Positions 28,252 through 36,946 of a stretch of DNA of 64,000 nt are shown piece after piece. The notes beneath the pieces are model-generated. The model had not been told where the DNA came from, did no database searches, and was given only the letters and a program-made list of their open reading frames with translations. Location of the stretch: the NCBI GenBank assembly GCA_963716545.1, contig OY970316.1, positions 1,823,225-1,887,224 on the forward strand, in the 5' to 3' direction. The position numbers and the translations under genes were made by a program. Origin of the DNA: an uncultured Actinomycetes bacterium (GTDB lineage: Bacteria; Actinomycetota; Thermoleophilia; Solirubrobacterales; 70-9). How positions within the stretch are numbered: the stretch's first letter is position 1; every line of letters begins with the position of its first letter.

Positions 28252-29214
28252 ATGAGCGGCTCCTCCTTCGGCCTCGCGGCCTCGGTCTTCCTCTCCTGCG
28301 CGGTCGAGGCGGTCGAGGCGTTCACGATCGTCCTCGCGGTCTCGATCTCCCGCCGCGCCTCCTCGGCGCTGCTCGGCTCGGCGCTGGCGCTGCTGTCGCT
28401 CGCGGTCCTGGTCGCCGCGCTCGGCTCGGCGCTGACCGCGCTGCCGGTCGCGGCGCTGCAGCTCGTCATCGGCGTCGCCCTGCTCGGCCTCGGCCTGCAG
28501 TGGCTGCGCAAGGCGGTGCTGCGGGCCGCCGGCGCCAAGGCGATCCACGACGAGGAGGCGATCTTCGCCACGACCTCGGCCGCCGCCGGCACCGCGCCGG
28601 CCGCGGGCGCGGGCCGGGTCGACCCCTACGCCTTCGTCGTCGCCTTCAAAGCGGTCCTGCTGGAGGGGCTCGAGGTGGTCCTGATCGTGATCGGGTTCGG
28701 CGCCGGCCAGGGACGGATGGCCCTCGCCGCCGCCGTTGGCGTCGCCGCGGTCCTCGTCGTCGGCACCGCCGGCCTGGCGCTGCGAGCGCCGCTCGCCCGC
28801 GTCCCCGAGAACACGATGAAGTTCGCCGTCGGCGTCCTCATCACCGCCTTCGGGATCTTCTGGACGGCGGAGGGTTGCGGCCTCGAATGGCCAGGAGGCG
28901 AGGCCGCCGCGTTGGGCCTGGCCGCCCTGGTCCTGCTCGCCGCGCTGGCCGCCGTCGCTCGGCTCCGGCGGCGTCGCTCAGCGGCGTCCGGCGGCGAGCG
29001 CCAACAGCAGCAGCCCGAAGACCACCAGCGGCCAGCCACCGCTGGCGACCAGCCCCATGGCGAGGATGAGGACGCCGGCGACGGCGAGGAGAACGCGTTG
29101 GTTGCGGGTCCGCTCGTCCGGCCTGGGGTCGTGGACGTGCCCGGCCACCCTCAGCCCCGCAGCGGGTCCGGGCCGGCGGCGGCGCGGCCGCGGCGACGGC
29201 GCACGAGCAGGTAG
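28252..29214 (+). CDS. multi-pass membrane protein (COG4280/GDT1-like putative cation transporter), with long non-hydrophobic tail
   Basis: Repeated E-x-x-E-A/LEGLEV helix motifs (AVEAVEAFTIVLAV; LLEGLEVVLIVIGFG). There is no in-frame stop before 29214, so the tail overlaps convergent genes. Confidence 0.55.
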   Translation: MSGSSFGLAASVFLSCAVEAVEAFTIVLAVSISRRASSALLGSALALLSLAVLVAALGSALTALPVAALQLVIGVALLGLGLQWLRKAVLRAAGAKAIHDEEAIFATTSAAAGTAPAAGAGRVDPYAFVVAFKAVLLEGLEVVLIVIGFGAGQGRMALAAAVGVAAVLVVGTAGLALRAPLARVPENTMKFAVGVLITAFGIFWTAEGCGLEWPGGEAAALGLAALVLLAALAAVARLRRRRSAASGGERQQQQPEDHQRPATAGDQPHGEDEDAGDGEENALVAGPLVRPGVVDVPGHPQPRSGSGPAAARPRRRRTSR

Positions 29215-29807
29215 ACGAGCCCAGCGAGGATCGCGGCGGCGACGACGTAGTCGAGGTAGCCGAGGTTGTGGCGCCAGCTTTCCCAGTTGGCGCCGACGCC
29301 CCGACCGAGCAGGGCGAGCGCGGTCACCCAGGGGAGACAGCCGGCGACGGTGAGCACGGTGAAGCGCCAGAAGGGCATCCGGGCGACCCCGGCGGGGAGC
29401 GAGATGAAGGTGCGGACGATCGGCAGCATGCGGCCGAAGAAGACGGCGGCGGCGCCGTGGCGCTCGAACCAGCGGTCGGCTTGGGCGAGGTGGCGGGGGT
29501 TGACGTGGACGAACCGATTGCGCTCGAGCAGGTCGACTCGGCCGTAGTAGCCGACCGCGTAGGCGAGCCAGGAGCCGACCAGATTGCCGAGCACGCCGGC
29601 GGTGATGATCCCGAGCAGGGTCAGTTCGCCTTTGGAGACGGCGAAGCCGGCGAACAGCATGATCGCCTCGCTGGGCACCGGCAGGCAGGCGGACTCCAGC
29701 GCCATCAGCAGGAACACCGCGCCGAGGCCGGCCGAGCCGATGAATTCGGTCGCCGCGTCGACGACCGGGTTGAGCACGAAGTCGGTGACCGAGGCTTGGA
29801 ATGGCAT
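29151..29807 (-). CDS. DedA family membrane protein
   Basis: GAVFLLMALESACLPVPSEAIMLFAGF, RFFGRMLPIVRTFISLPAG are typical of DedA/SNARE-associated proteins. Confidence 0.85.
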   Translation of the reverse strand: MPFQASVTDFVLNPVVDAATEFIGSAGLGAVFLLMALESACLPVPSEAIMLFAGFAVSKGELTLLGIITAGVLGNLVGSWLAYAVGYYGRVDLLERNRFVHVNPRHLAQADRWFERHGAAAVFFGRMLPIVRTFISLPAGVARMPFWRFTVLTVAGCLPWVTALALLGRGVGANWESWRHNLGYLDYVVAAAILAGLVYLLVRRRRGRAAAGPDPLRG

Positions 29808-29921
29808 CGGCGCACCGTGCCCAGTCCGGATTAAACGGAGATGAGATGTCGCGGGCGCTCCCGCCGCGGCCGGGCGCTCTCACTTGGGCTTTAGCCGGCC
29901 CGCCTACCGTCGCCGCCGCGA

Positions 29922-30788
29922 ATGAGCCTCACCACCTCCGTCCGCACCGCCACCGCCCGCCGCTATGCCTTCTCGAAGGTGCCGGAAGTGACCGCCTTCT
30001 TCTGGATCGTCAAGGCCCTGACCACGGCGATGGGGGAGTCGACCTCCGACTTCCTCGTCCACGCGATCGTCCCCGAGGCGGCGGTCCTGCTCGGGGCGAT
30101 CGCCTTCGCGGTCGCCTTCCTGGTCCAGTTCCGCCGGGACCGCTACGTGCCCTGGGCCTACTGGACCGCGGTGGCGATGGTCGGCGTCTTCGGCACGATG
30201 GCCGCCGACGTCCTCCACGTCGGCCTCGGCGTTCCCTATGCCGCCTCGACCGCGCTCTACGCGATCGTCCTCGCCACCGTCTTCGCCTGCTGGCAGCGCA
30301 GCGAGGGGACGCTTTCGATCCACAGCATCGTCACCGCCCGCCGCGAGCTCTTCTACTGGGCCGCCGTCCTCGCCACCTTCGCCCTCGGCACCGCCGCCGG
30401 CGATTTCACCGCCCACACCCTCGGGATCGGCTACTTCGGCTCGATCCTGCTCTTCGCCGCGGTGATCTCCATCCCGGCGATCTCCTGGGCCCGCGGAGCG
30501 ATGGGCTCGGTCCTCGCCTTCTGGTTCGCCTATGTCGTCACCCGTCCGCTCGGGGCCTCGGTCGCCGATTGGCTCTCGGTCTCCCACGCCCGCGGCGGCC
30601 TCGCCCTCGGCACCGGCCCGGTCAGCCTCGCCCTTGCCGCGATCATCGCCGCCTTCGTCGCCTACCTCGCCCGCAGCGGCCGCGACACGCCGCCGGACCA
30701 AGGCCGGCGGGACACCCCGGTCCGGGGCGCCGGCCGGGAGGAGCTCAGCCGTCGGGCCCCGCTGCCGGACGATGGCGTCACGCCCTAG
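29922..30788 (+). CDS. integral membrane protein (COG4705-like, function unknown)
   Basis: 288 aa, about 8 hydrophobic helices. FWIVKALTTAMGESTSDF and FWFAYVVTRPLGASVADW form an internal duplication. Confidence 0.6.
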   Translation: MSLTTSVRTATARRYAFSKVPEVTAFFWIVKALTTAMGESTSDFLVHAIVPEAAVLLGAIAFAVAFLVQFRRDRYVPWAYWTAVAMVGVFGTMAADVLHVGLGVPYAASTALYAIVLATVFACWQRSEGTLSIHSIVTARRELFYWAAVLATFALGTAAGDFTAHTLGIGYFGSILLFAAVISIPAISWARGAMGSVLAFWFAYVVTRPLGASVADWLSVSHARGGLALGTGPVSLALAAIIAAFVAYLARSGRDTPPDQGRRDTPVRGAGREELSRRAPLPDDGVTP

Positions 30789-31930
30789 CCCGGCACCGGC
30801 GCCCCGGCCAGCGCCAGGACCACCCCGACCGCTCCGGCCCCGACCAGGGTCGGGACGACCCCGACCCGCAGGGCCAGCAGCGCCAACGCCGCCGCGGCGA
30901 GGACGGCGAACTGCCAGAGCTCGCTGAGGGCGACCGCGAGTGGGACCGCCGCGCCGAAGATCGCCCCGATCGCCGCCGGCCCGGCACCGTCGAGGAAGCC
31001 ACGGGCGGTGGCGTCGCCGCGCAGGCGCTCGAAGCGACCGCCGCCGAGCAGGATGAACGAGAAGGAGGGGAGGAAGGCGACCAGCGCGGCCAGCAGTCCG
31101 CCGCCGACACCGTGGGCGGCGTAGCCGACGGCGGCGACGGTGGCGACGACCGGGCCGGGCGTGACCTGGCCGAGGGCGACGGCGTTGAGGAATTCGGCGT
31201 TGGTCATCCAGTGGTAGACGTGGACCGCGTCCCCCTGCATCAGCGGCACGATCACGAAGCCGCCGCCGAAGGAGAGGGCGCCGACCTTGAGCGCGGTCCA
31301 GCAGAGCGCGCCGACGCCGCCCGTGGCGACGGCGAAGGGGAGGAGCGCCAGCGGCGCCCCGGCACCGAGTGCCGCGGAGCGCCGGCGCAGCAGCAGCTCG
31401 AAACCGCCGCAGGCGAGCAGGACGAGCACCAGGTAGGGACCGACCACGGCGGCGGCGAGGCCGCCGAGCAGCAGGTAGGCGAACCAGCGTCGCTCCTCGC
31501 GACCGTCCTCGCGAACCAGGGCGAAGCTCGGCCCGACCAGGTCGAGCGCCGCCCGCACCGCGACCGCGGCTACCGCCGCGCCCGCCCCGGCGCCGGCGCC
31601 GCGGACCCAGAGCGGCGGCGCGGCCGAGAGGAAGAGCAGCGACAGCGCCAGCACCATGACGACCGCGGGGACGATGAAGCCGAGCCCGCCGACGATCGCC
31701 CCAGGCCAGCCGGCGAGCCGGTAGGCGCAGAAGATCGCCAGCTGAGTCGAGGAGGGGCCGGGGAGGAGCTGGCAGGCGGCGTTGGCGTCCTCGAAGGCGC
31801 GGGCGTCCATCCAGCCCTCGCGCTCGACGACGAGCTTTCGCAGCAGGGAGATGTGGGCCGGCGGGCCGCCGAAACCGGTGAGGCCGATCCGCGTCCACTC
31901 CGCGGCGACGACTCGCAAGGGTGCCTGCAC
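30785..31930 (-). CDS. chrA: chromate transporter ChrA (CHR family, two-domain form)
   Basis: C-terminal 381 aa of track ORF 30785..32728. FGGPPAHISLL, QLLPGPSSTQL, second repeat SFGGGFVIVPLM, GQVTPGPVV. GTG 31930 start is approximate. Confidence 0.85.
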   Translation of the reverse strand: MQAPLRVVAAEWTRIGLTGFGGPPAHISLLRKLVVEREGWMDARAFEDANAACQLLPGPSSTQLAIFCAYRLAGWPGAIVGGLGFIVPAVVMVLALSLLFLSAAPPLWVRGAGAGAGAAVAAVAVRAALDLVGPSFALVREDGREERRWFAYLLLGGLAAAVVGPYLVLVLLACGGFELLLRRRSAALGAGAPLALLPFAVATGGVGALCWTALKVGALSFGGGFVIVPLMQGDAVHVYHWMTNAEFLNAVALGQVTPGPVVATVAAVGYAAHGVGGGLLAALVAFLPSFSFILLGGGRFERLRGDATARGFLDGAGPAAIGAIFGAAVPLAVALSELWQFAVLAAAALALLALRVGVVPTLVGAGAVGVVLALAGAPVPG

Positions 31931-32053
31931 GGCGGCATCGTAGTGCTCCGTTGGACGGATCGTGGCACCGTCCGGCCGCCTCCGGGACGCCCCGGCAAAA
32001 GAGGAAATTCGCCCCGGCTGGAGGCGTCGTTGGGCGGGTAGTGTGGGCAGCAG

Positions 32054-33313
32054 ATGGCCGCGGGCGTCGACAGCCGCTTCTGGCATCCGTTCTCGAACAT
32101 GGCGGCGACGGCGGCGAACCGCGTCGTCTTCGTCTCCGGCGAGGGCACGCGAATCCGGGACCGCGACGGCAACGAGTACTTCGACGCCGCCGGCGGGCTC
32201 TGGTTCAACGCCGTCGGCCACGGCCGCAAGCGGATCGCCGCGGCGATCGCCGCCCAGGCCGAGACGCTCGCCGCCTGCAGCTGCTTCGACCTCTACGTCT
32301 CCGAGCCGACTCTGGCGGTCGCCGATCGGATCGGCGAGCTGGGTCCGATCCCCGGCGCCAAGGTCTTCCTCACCAGCGGCGGCTCCGACAGCGTCGACAG
32401 CGCCGGCAAGATCATCCGCCGCTGGTTCGCGCTGCGCGGCGAACCGGAGCGGACCGTGATCATCGCCCGCGAGGGCGCCTACCACGGCATGCACGCCTAC
32501 GGCACCTCGCTTGCCGGCATCGCCGGCAACCACGACGGCTGGGGCGAGCTGGTCGGCGATGTCGAGCACATCACGGCCTTCAACGCCGAGGCCCTGGAAG
32601 AGCGGATCCGCCAGCTCGGCGCCAGTCGCGTCGCCGCCTTCTTCGCCGAGCCGGTGATCGGCGCCGGCGGCGTCTTCCCGCCGCCCGAGGGCTACCTGCG
32701 GGCGGTCCGCGAGGTCTGCGACCGCCACGGCGTCCTGCTCGTCTGCGACGAGGTGGTGACCGGGATCGGCCGGCTCGGAAGCTGGAGCGGCAGCGAGCGC
32801 TTCGGCGTCGTCCCCGACCTCGTCCTGCTGGCGAAGATCCTTACCTCCGGCTACCAGCCACTCGGCGCCGTCCTCGTTTCACCCGAGGTGGCGGCGCCGT
32901 TCTTCGAGGGCGAGGGCGCCTGGCTCAAGCACGGCTACACCTACTCCGGCCACGCCACCGCCTGCGCCGCGGCGATGGCCAACCTCGACATCATCGAGGA
33001 GGAGGGCCTGGTCGACCGCGTGGCCGAGCTGGAGCCGGCGCTGCCACGGCTGCTGGGGCCGCTGGCCTCGCTCGACGGGGTCGAAGAGGTACGGGCAATC
33101 GGCCTACTCGCCGGCGTTCAGCTCGACGGCGCCTGGTTCGAGCAGCGGGGGAGGGTGGCTACCGAGGTTCCGGTGCTGCTGCGCGAGCGCGGCCAACTGA
33201 CCCGCCTGCTCGCCTGCGGCGCCTTGCAGTTCTCGCCGCCGTTCGTCAGCGAAGAGGAGGAGATCGGCGCTTTCGCCGACGCCGTCGCCGACGCGCTCGC
33301 TTCACTCGCCTGA
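32054..33313 (+). CDS. class III (omega) aminotransferase, PLP-dependent
   Basis: GGLWFNAVGHG, SGGSDSVDSAGK, EPVIGAGGV, CDEVVTGIGRLG, and the expected PLP-lysine region AKILTSGY. Confidence 0.9.
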   Translation: MAAGVDSRFWHPFSNMAATAANRVVFVSGEGTRIRDRDGNEYFDAAGGLWFNAVGHGRKRIAAAIAAQAETLAACSCFDLYVSEPTLAVADRIGELGPIPGAKVFLTSGGSDSVDSAGKIIRRWFALRGEPERTVIIAREGAYHGMHAYGTSLAGIAGNHDGWGELVGDVEHITAFNAEALEERIRQLGASRVAAFFAEPVIGAGGVFPPPEGYLRAVREVCDRHGVLLVCDEVVTGIGRLGSWSGSERFGVVPDLVLLAKILTSGYQPLGAVLVSPEVAAPFFEGEGAWLKHGYTYSGHATACAAAMANLDIIEEEGLVDRVAELEPALPRLLGPLASLDGVEEVRAIGLLAGVQLDGAWFEQRGRVATEVPVLLRERGQLTRLLACGALQFSPPFVSEEEEIGAFADAVADALASLA

Positions 33314-33355
33314 GACTCCGACAATCGTCCAGCGATGCTCTGGCGCAGAGCAAAT

Positions 33356-33378
33356 CTAAGGCTCGAGTCGAGCCTTAG
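33356..33378. terminator. palindromic hairpin between convergent genes
   Basis: ctaaggctcga-g-tcgagccttag is a near-perfect palindrome, preceded by a second small hairpin gctct-ggcgc-agagc (33337-33351). Confidence 0.5.
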
Positions 33379-33396
33379 AGATGCCCTAGGGGGTGG

Positions 33397-33807
33397 CTAT
33401 GCGGCGCGCGCTTCTGAGGAATCGTCGGCGGCCGCGGGGGGAGGGGGAACCTGAACCGCGTGCAACTCGCCGATCGCCTTCGCGATCACGGTTGCCGGCA
33501 GCCGGTAGAAGTGCTCGGTAGCCCCGCGCACCTGGCGCTCGCGGGCGAGTTCGATCAGGCCGGCTTTGTGCAGCTCGGTGACGTGGTAATTCGTGTTGCT
33601 GAGCGGAATCTGGAGCTCTCGGCAGAGCTCGCTGGGCGACAGGGTCCGGCCCCCGTCGAGCCCGAGGATTTCGAGCACCGAGATCCGCAGCGGGTGAGCG
33701 GTCGCCCGCGCCAGCAGCTCCCAGTCGACTGGCACCGAAACGGGCCGATTTCCAACGGTGCCGCTGGGCCCGTTGCCGTTGGTTGGGGTGGAGTCTTGGG
33801 GGGGCAT
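33397..33807 (-). CDS. ArsR-like winged-helix transcriptional regulator, divergent from the paralog cluster
   Basis: LLARATAHPLRISVLEILGLDGGRTLSPSELCRELQIPLSNTNYHVTELHKAGLIELA. Same family as the regulator at 25797. Confidence 0.7.
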   Translation of the reverse strand: MPPQDSTPTNGNGPSGTVGNRPVSVPVDWELLARATAHPLRISVLEILGLDGGRTLSPSELCRELQIPLSNTNYHVTELHKAGLIELARERQVRGATEHFYRLPATVIAKAIGELHAVQVPPPPAAADDSSEARAA

Positions 33808-33894
33808 GCGGATCAGATTACCAAAAATTATTGACTCAAGTCATCAAAATCGGGTACCGTTCGGATCGAGATGTTTTCCTGGGAGGGAGAGTCA

Positions 33895-36828
33895 ATGGCC
33901 AACAGGCCTCTAGTACGCAGATCGCCCCGCGGGCGGATCACTTTTCTTGCCTTTCTTTGCACCGCGGCCTCGCTGTTCGCCGTCGCCGTGTCGCTGCCGG
34001 CGCTCGCCGCGGCCAACACGGAAGGGATCATCAGCGAACCGTTCAACCCGCACGATCCCCAGGTCAACTCGGGCTGGCAGGCCGGCACCTGCTCGAAAGA
34101 AAAAGCCGAAACCGGCAGCTACTGCTCGGTCGCGACCCCGAATCAGTTCTTCGAACAGGCCGCTGGCCATCCCAACTTCGGCTTCACCCAATTCATCATC
34201 AAGCACACGACGACGGGAACGCCGCCACTCCAATTCGAAACCCCGACCGGCGAACTGAAGACGGTCCGGGTCGATCTTCCGGTCGGCCTCAGCGTCAACC
34301 CCGGGGCGACGATTCAGTGCACCCAGGAAAAATTCGACGCCAACGCCTGCCCGCCCGAATCGGAAGTGGGGGTCAGTGAAGTCACCGTCTCTGTCGGCGG
34401 CATCGTCGTCGGCCCGATCGAGGGGGTCACTTCCGTCCCCGTCTACAACGTCGTCCCCGGGGATGGCGAATCGGCTCGCTTCGGGTTGATGCTGGCCGGC
34501 AAACCGGTCTACCTCGAAGGCGACGTCGATTCGGCCGGCGACTACCACGAGGGGTTCACGATCCACGTGCCGGAAGCGATCCCGGTCGAAATCGGCTCCG
34601 GAGTGATCCTCAAAAACCGCCTCACCTTCAAAGGCCGCGCCGGCGACGGCACCTTCCTCACCACCCCCAGCACCTGCCGCGGTGAAGCCTTCAAAGAATC
34701 GGGCAGCGATTACTCGACCTTCCTGCTCGCCGCCTCGAAGGCCGAAGAAGAATCGGCCGGCTACTCGTTCCCGGGCAGCGCCCAGCCGCCGCTCGAGTCG
34801 CCGATCCCGCCCGGAACCTCGCCAAAGGAATGTGGCTCGATCCCCTACGCGCCGGAAGTCGATGTCGATCCGGGGACGGGGGCGACCAACTCGCCGGCGG
34901 CAGCTTCGGTCGGGGTCACGGTGCCCCACATCAAGAAAGGCAGCGCCCAGGAATCCTCGACGACCAAAGCGGCGACGGTGACGCTGCCCGGCGGGATGGG
35001 CCTCAACCCCTCCGCCGCCAACGGCCTGCAGACCTGCACCGACGCCCAGTTCGGCAAAGGGACGAAGGCCCCGGTCGGCTGTCCGGCGGCCTCGAAGGTC
35101 GGCACGGTGAAGATCGAATCCTTCGCGCTGCCGGAGAAAGAACACCAGCTCGAAGGGACCGTGTACGTCGGCAGCCAGCTCAGCCGCGATCCCGCCTCGG
35201 GCCAGGAGTACCGGATCTTCATCGACGCCGCCTCGCCCCGCTACGGAATCGACCTGCGGCTGGTCGGCAACGTCCGTGCCAACCCCGCAACCGGCCAGCT
35301 GGCGACGACGATCTCGGAAACTCCCCAGCTGCCGTTCAGCTCCTTCGTCCTCAACTTCAACGGCGGCCCCCGCTCGGTGCTGAGCAGCCCGCCGATCTGC
35401 GGTCCGAACCAGACCACGACCTCGCTGCAGCCCTGGTCCGGCAATCCCCCGGCGACGCCGAGCTCGAGCTTCGCGCTGAAAACCCTGCCGGCCGGCGGCA
35501 GCTGCCCGAAGACCTTGGCCGAACGGCCCTTCGCTCCCGGCTTCCTCTTCGGGCCGAAATCGACCGGAGCCGGCGTCTTCACCCCGCTCTCGACGCGGAT
35601 CACCCGTGCCGACGGCCAGCAGGAGCTGAAAGGAATCGAACTGCTGCTGCCGCCCGGGGTCACCGCGAAGCTCGCCGGCATCCCCTATTGCACGGCGGCG
35701 CAGATCGCCGCCGCTGCGGCGAAGAGCGGGGCGGAAGAGGCAAAGACGCCCAGCTGCCCGGCGAAGAGCGAAGTCGGCAAGGCGGCGATCACCGCCGGCA
35801 CCGGTTCGGCCCCCTACGCGATCAGCAACGGGCGGGCTTACCTTGCCGGTCCATATAAAGGCGCGCCGCTCTCGCTGGCCGTCATCACCCCCGCCGTCGC
35901 CGGCCCCTTCGACCTCGGCACCGTGGTCGTCCGCGTCGCCCTCTTCGTCGAACCGGAAACCGCGCAGGTCCGCGCCGTCTCCGATCCGATTCCGGACGTC
36001 TACGGCGGCGCCCAGCTCAGCCTGCGCTCGATCGACCTCACCCTCGACCGCAAGGAATTCAGCCTCAACCCGACCAGCTGCGACCTCTTCCAGGCGACCG
36101 GCGCGGTGCGCGGGGGTGGGGCGGACCCGGCCAACCCGGCCACTTACAGCGCCGCCCCGATCCGCTTCCCGTTCCAGACCACCGGCTGTGACGGCCTGAA
36201 GTTCCGCCCCCAGCTAACCACCAAGGTGCTGGGCGGGAAGAAGAAGCTGCGCCGCGCCGGCCACCCGCGGCTGCAGGCAGTGCTCCGCGCCCGTGCGGGG
36301 GATGCCAACATCGCCCGCGCCGCGCTCACCCTGCCGCACTCGATCTTCCTCGACCAGGCCCACATCGGCACCATCTGCACCCGCCCACAGCTCGCCGCGA
36401 ACAACTGCCCGGCGCGCTCGGTCTACGGCTACGCCAGCGCCAAGTCGCCGCTGCTCGACGACGAACTGAAGGGGCCCGTCTACCTCGTCTCCTCCGACCA
36501 CGAACTGCCGGACCTGCTCGCCGACCTGCAGGGGCAGGTGGACATCCGCCTACGCGGGGTGATCAGCAACACGAAGAAGGGCGAACGGACCAAAACCGTG
36601 TTCGCGACGGTGCCCGACGTCCCCGTCTCCGAATTCCGCCTGACGATGAACGGCGGCAAGCGCGGCCTGCTGGTCAATTCGCGAAACATGTGCGGCAAAC
36701 CGGGCGCCTCCTACCTCAACTTCAGAGGCCAGAACGGCAAGAAGTTGAAGAAGAAGAAACTGAAGCTGCACGTCCCCTCCTGCAAGAAGCACAAGGGCAA
36801 GGGCAAGAAGCATTCGGCCGCCAAGTGA
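33895..36828 (+). CDS. large secreted four-module Cys-patterned protein, paralog A (family not recognised)
   Basis: GGAGGGAG SD before ATG 33895. Signal peptide ...FLAFLCTAASLFAVAVSLPALAAA. 18 Cys in the mature part, in a repeating pattern. Lys-rich C-terminus. Colinear similarity to the next two ORFs. Confidence 0.85.
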   Translation: MANRPLVRRSPRGRITFLAFLCTAASLFAVAVSLPALAAANTEGIISEPFNPHDPQVNSGWQAGTCSKEKAETGSYCSVATPNQFFEQAAGHPNFGFTQFIIKHTTTGTPPLQFETPTGELKTVRVDLPVGLSVNPGATIQCTQEKFDANACPPESEVGVSEVTVSVGGIVVGPIEGVTSVPVYNVVPGDGESARFGLMLAGKPVYLEGDVDSAGDYHEGFTIHVPEAIPVEIGSGVILKNRLTFKGRAGDGTFLTTPSTCRGEAFKESGSDYSTFLLAASKAEEESAGYSFPGSAQPPLESPIPPGTSPKECGSIPYAPEVDVDPGTGATNSPAAASVGVTVPHIKKGSAQESSTTKAATVTLPGGMGLNPSAANGLQTCTDAQFGKGTKAPVGCPAASKVGTVKIESFALPEKEHQLEGTVYVGSQLSRDPASGQEYRIFIDAASPRYGIDLRLVGNVRANPATGQLATTISETPQLPFSSFVLNFNGGPRSVLSSPPICGPNQTTTSLQPWSGNPPATPSSSFALKTLPAGGSCPKTLAERPFAPGFLFGPKSTGAGVFTPLSTRITRADGQQELKGIELLLPPGVTAKLAGIPYCTAAQIAAAAAKSGAEEAKTPSCPAKSEVGKAAITAGTGSAPYAISNGRAYLAGPYKGAPLSLAVITPAVAGPFDLGTVVVRVALFVEPETAQVRAVSDPIPDVYGGAQLSLRSIDLTLDRKEFSLNPTSCDLFQATGAVRGGGADPANPATYSAAPIRFPFQTTGCDGLKFRPQLTTKVLGGKKKLRRAGHPRLQAVLRARAGDANIARAALTLPHSIFLDQAHIGTICTRPQLAANNCPARSVYGYASAKSPLLDDELKGPVYLVSSDHELPDLLADLQGQVDIRLRGVISNTKKGERTKTVFATVPDVPVSEFRLTMNGGKRGLLVNSRNMCGKPGASYLNFRGQNGKKLKKKKLKLHVPSCKKHKGKGKKHSAAK

Positions 36829-36946
36829 GCCACCGCCGGGTGGTTCACGTAGCCGTTGACTGGGTATGCCATTTGGAGCGTCGCCTCTGCGAGCGGGGGC
36901 GGCGCCAAACTTTTATCTGCCACCTGGGGAAGAAGGAGAACGCACA

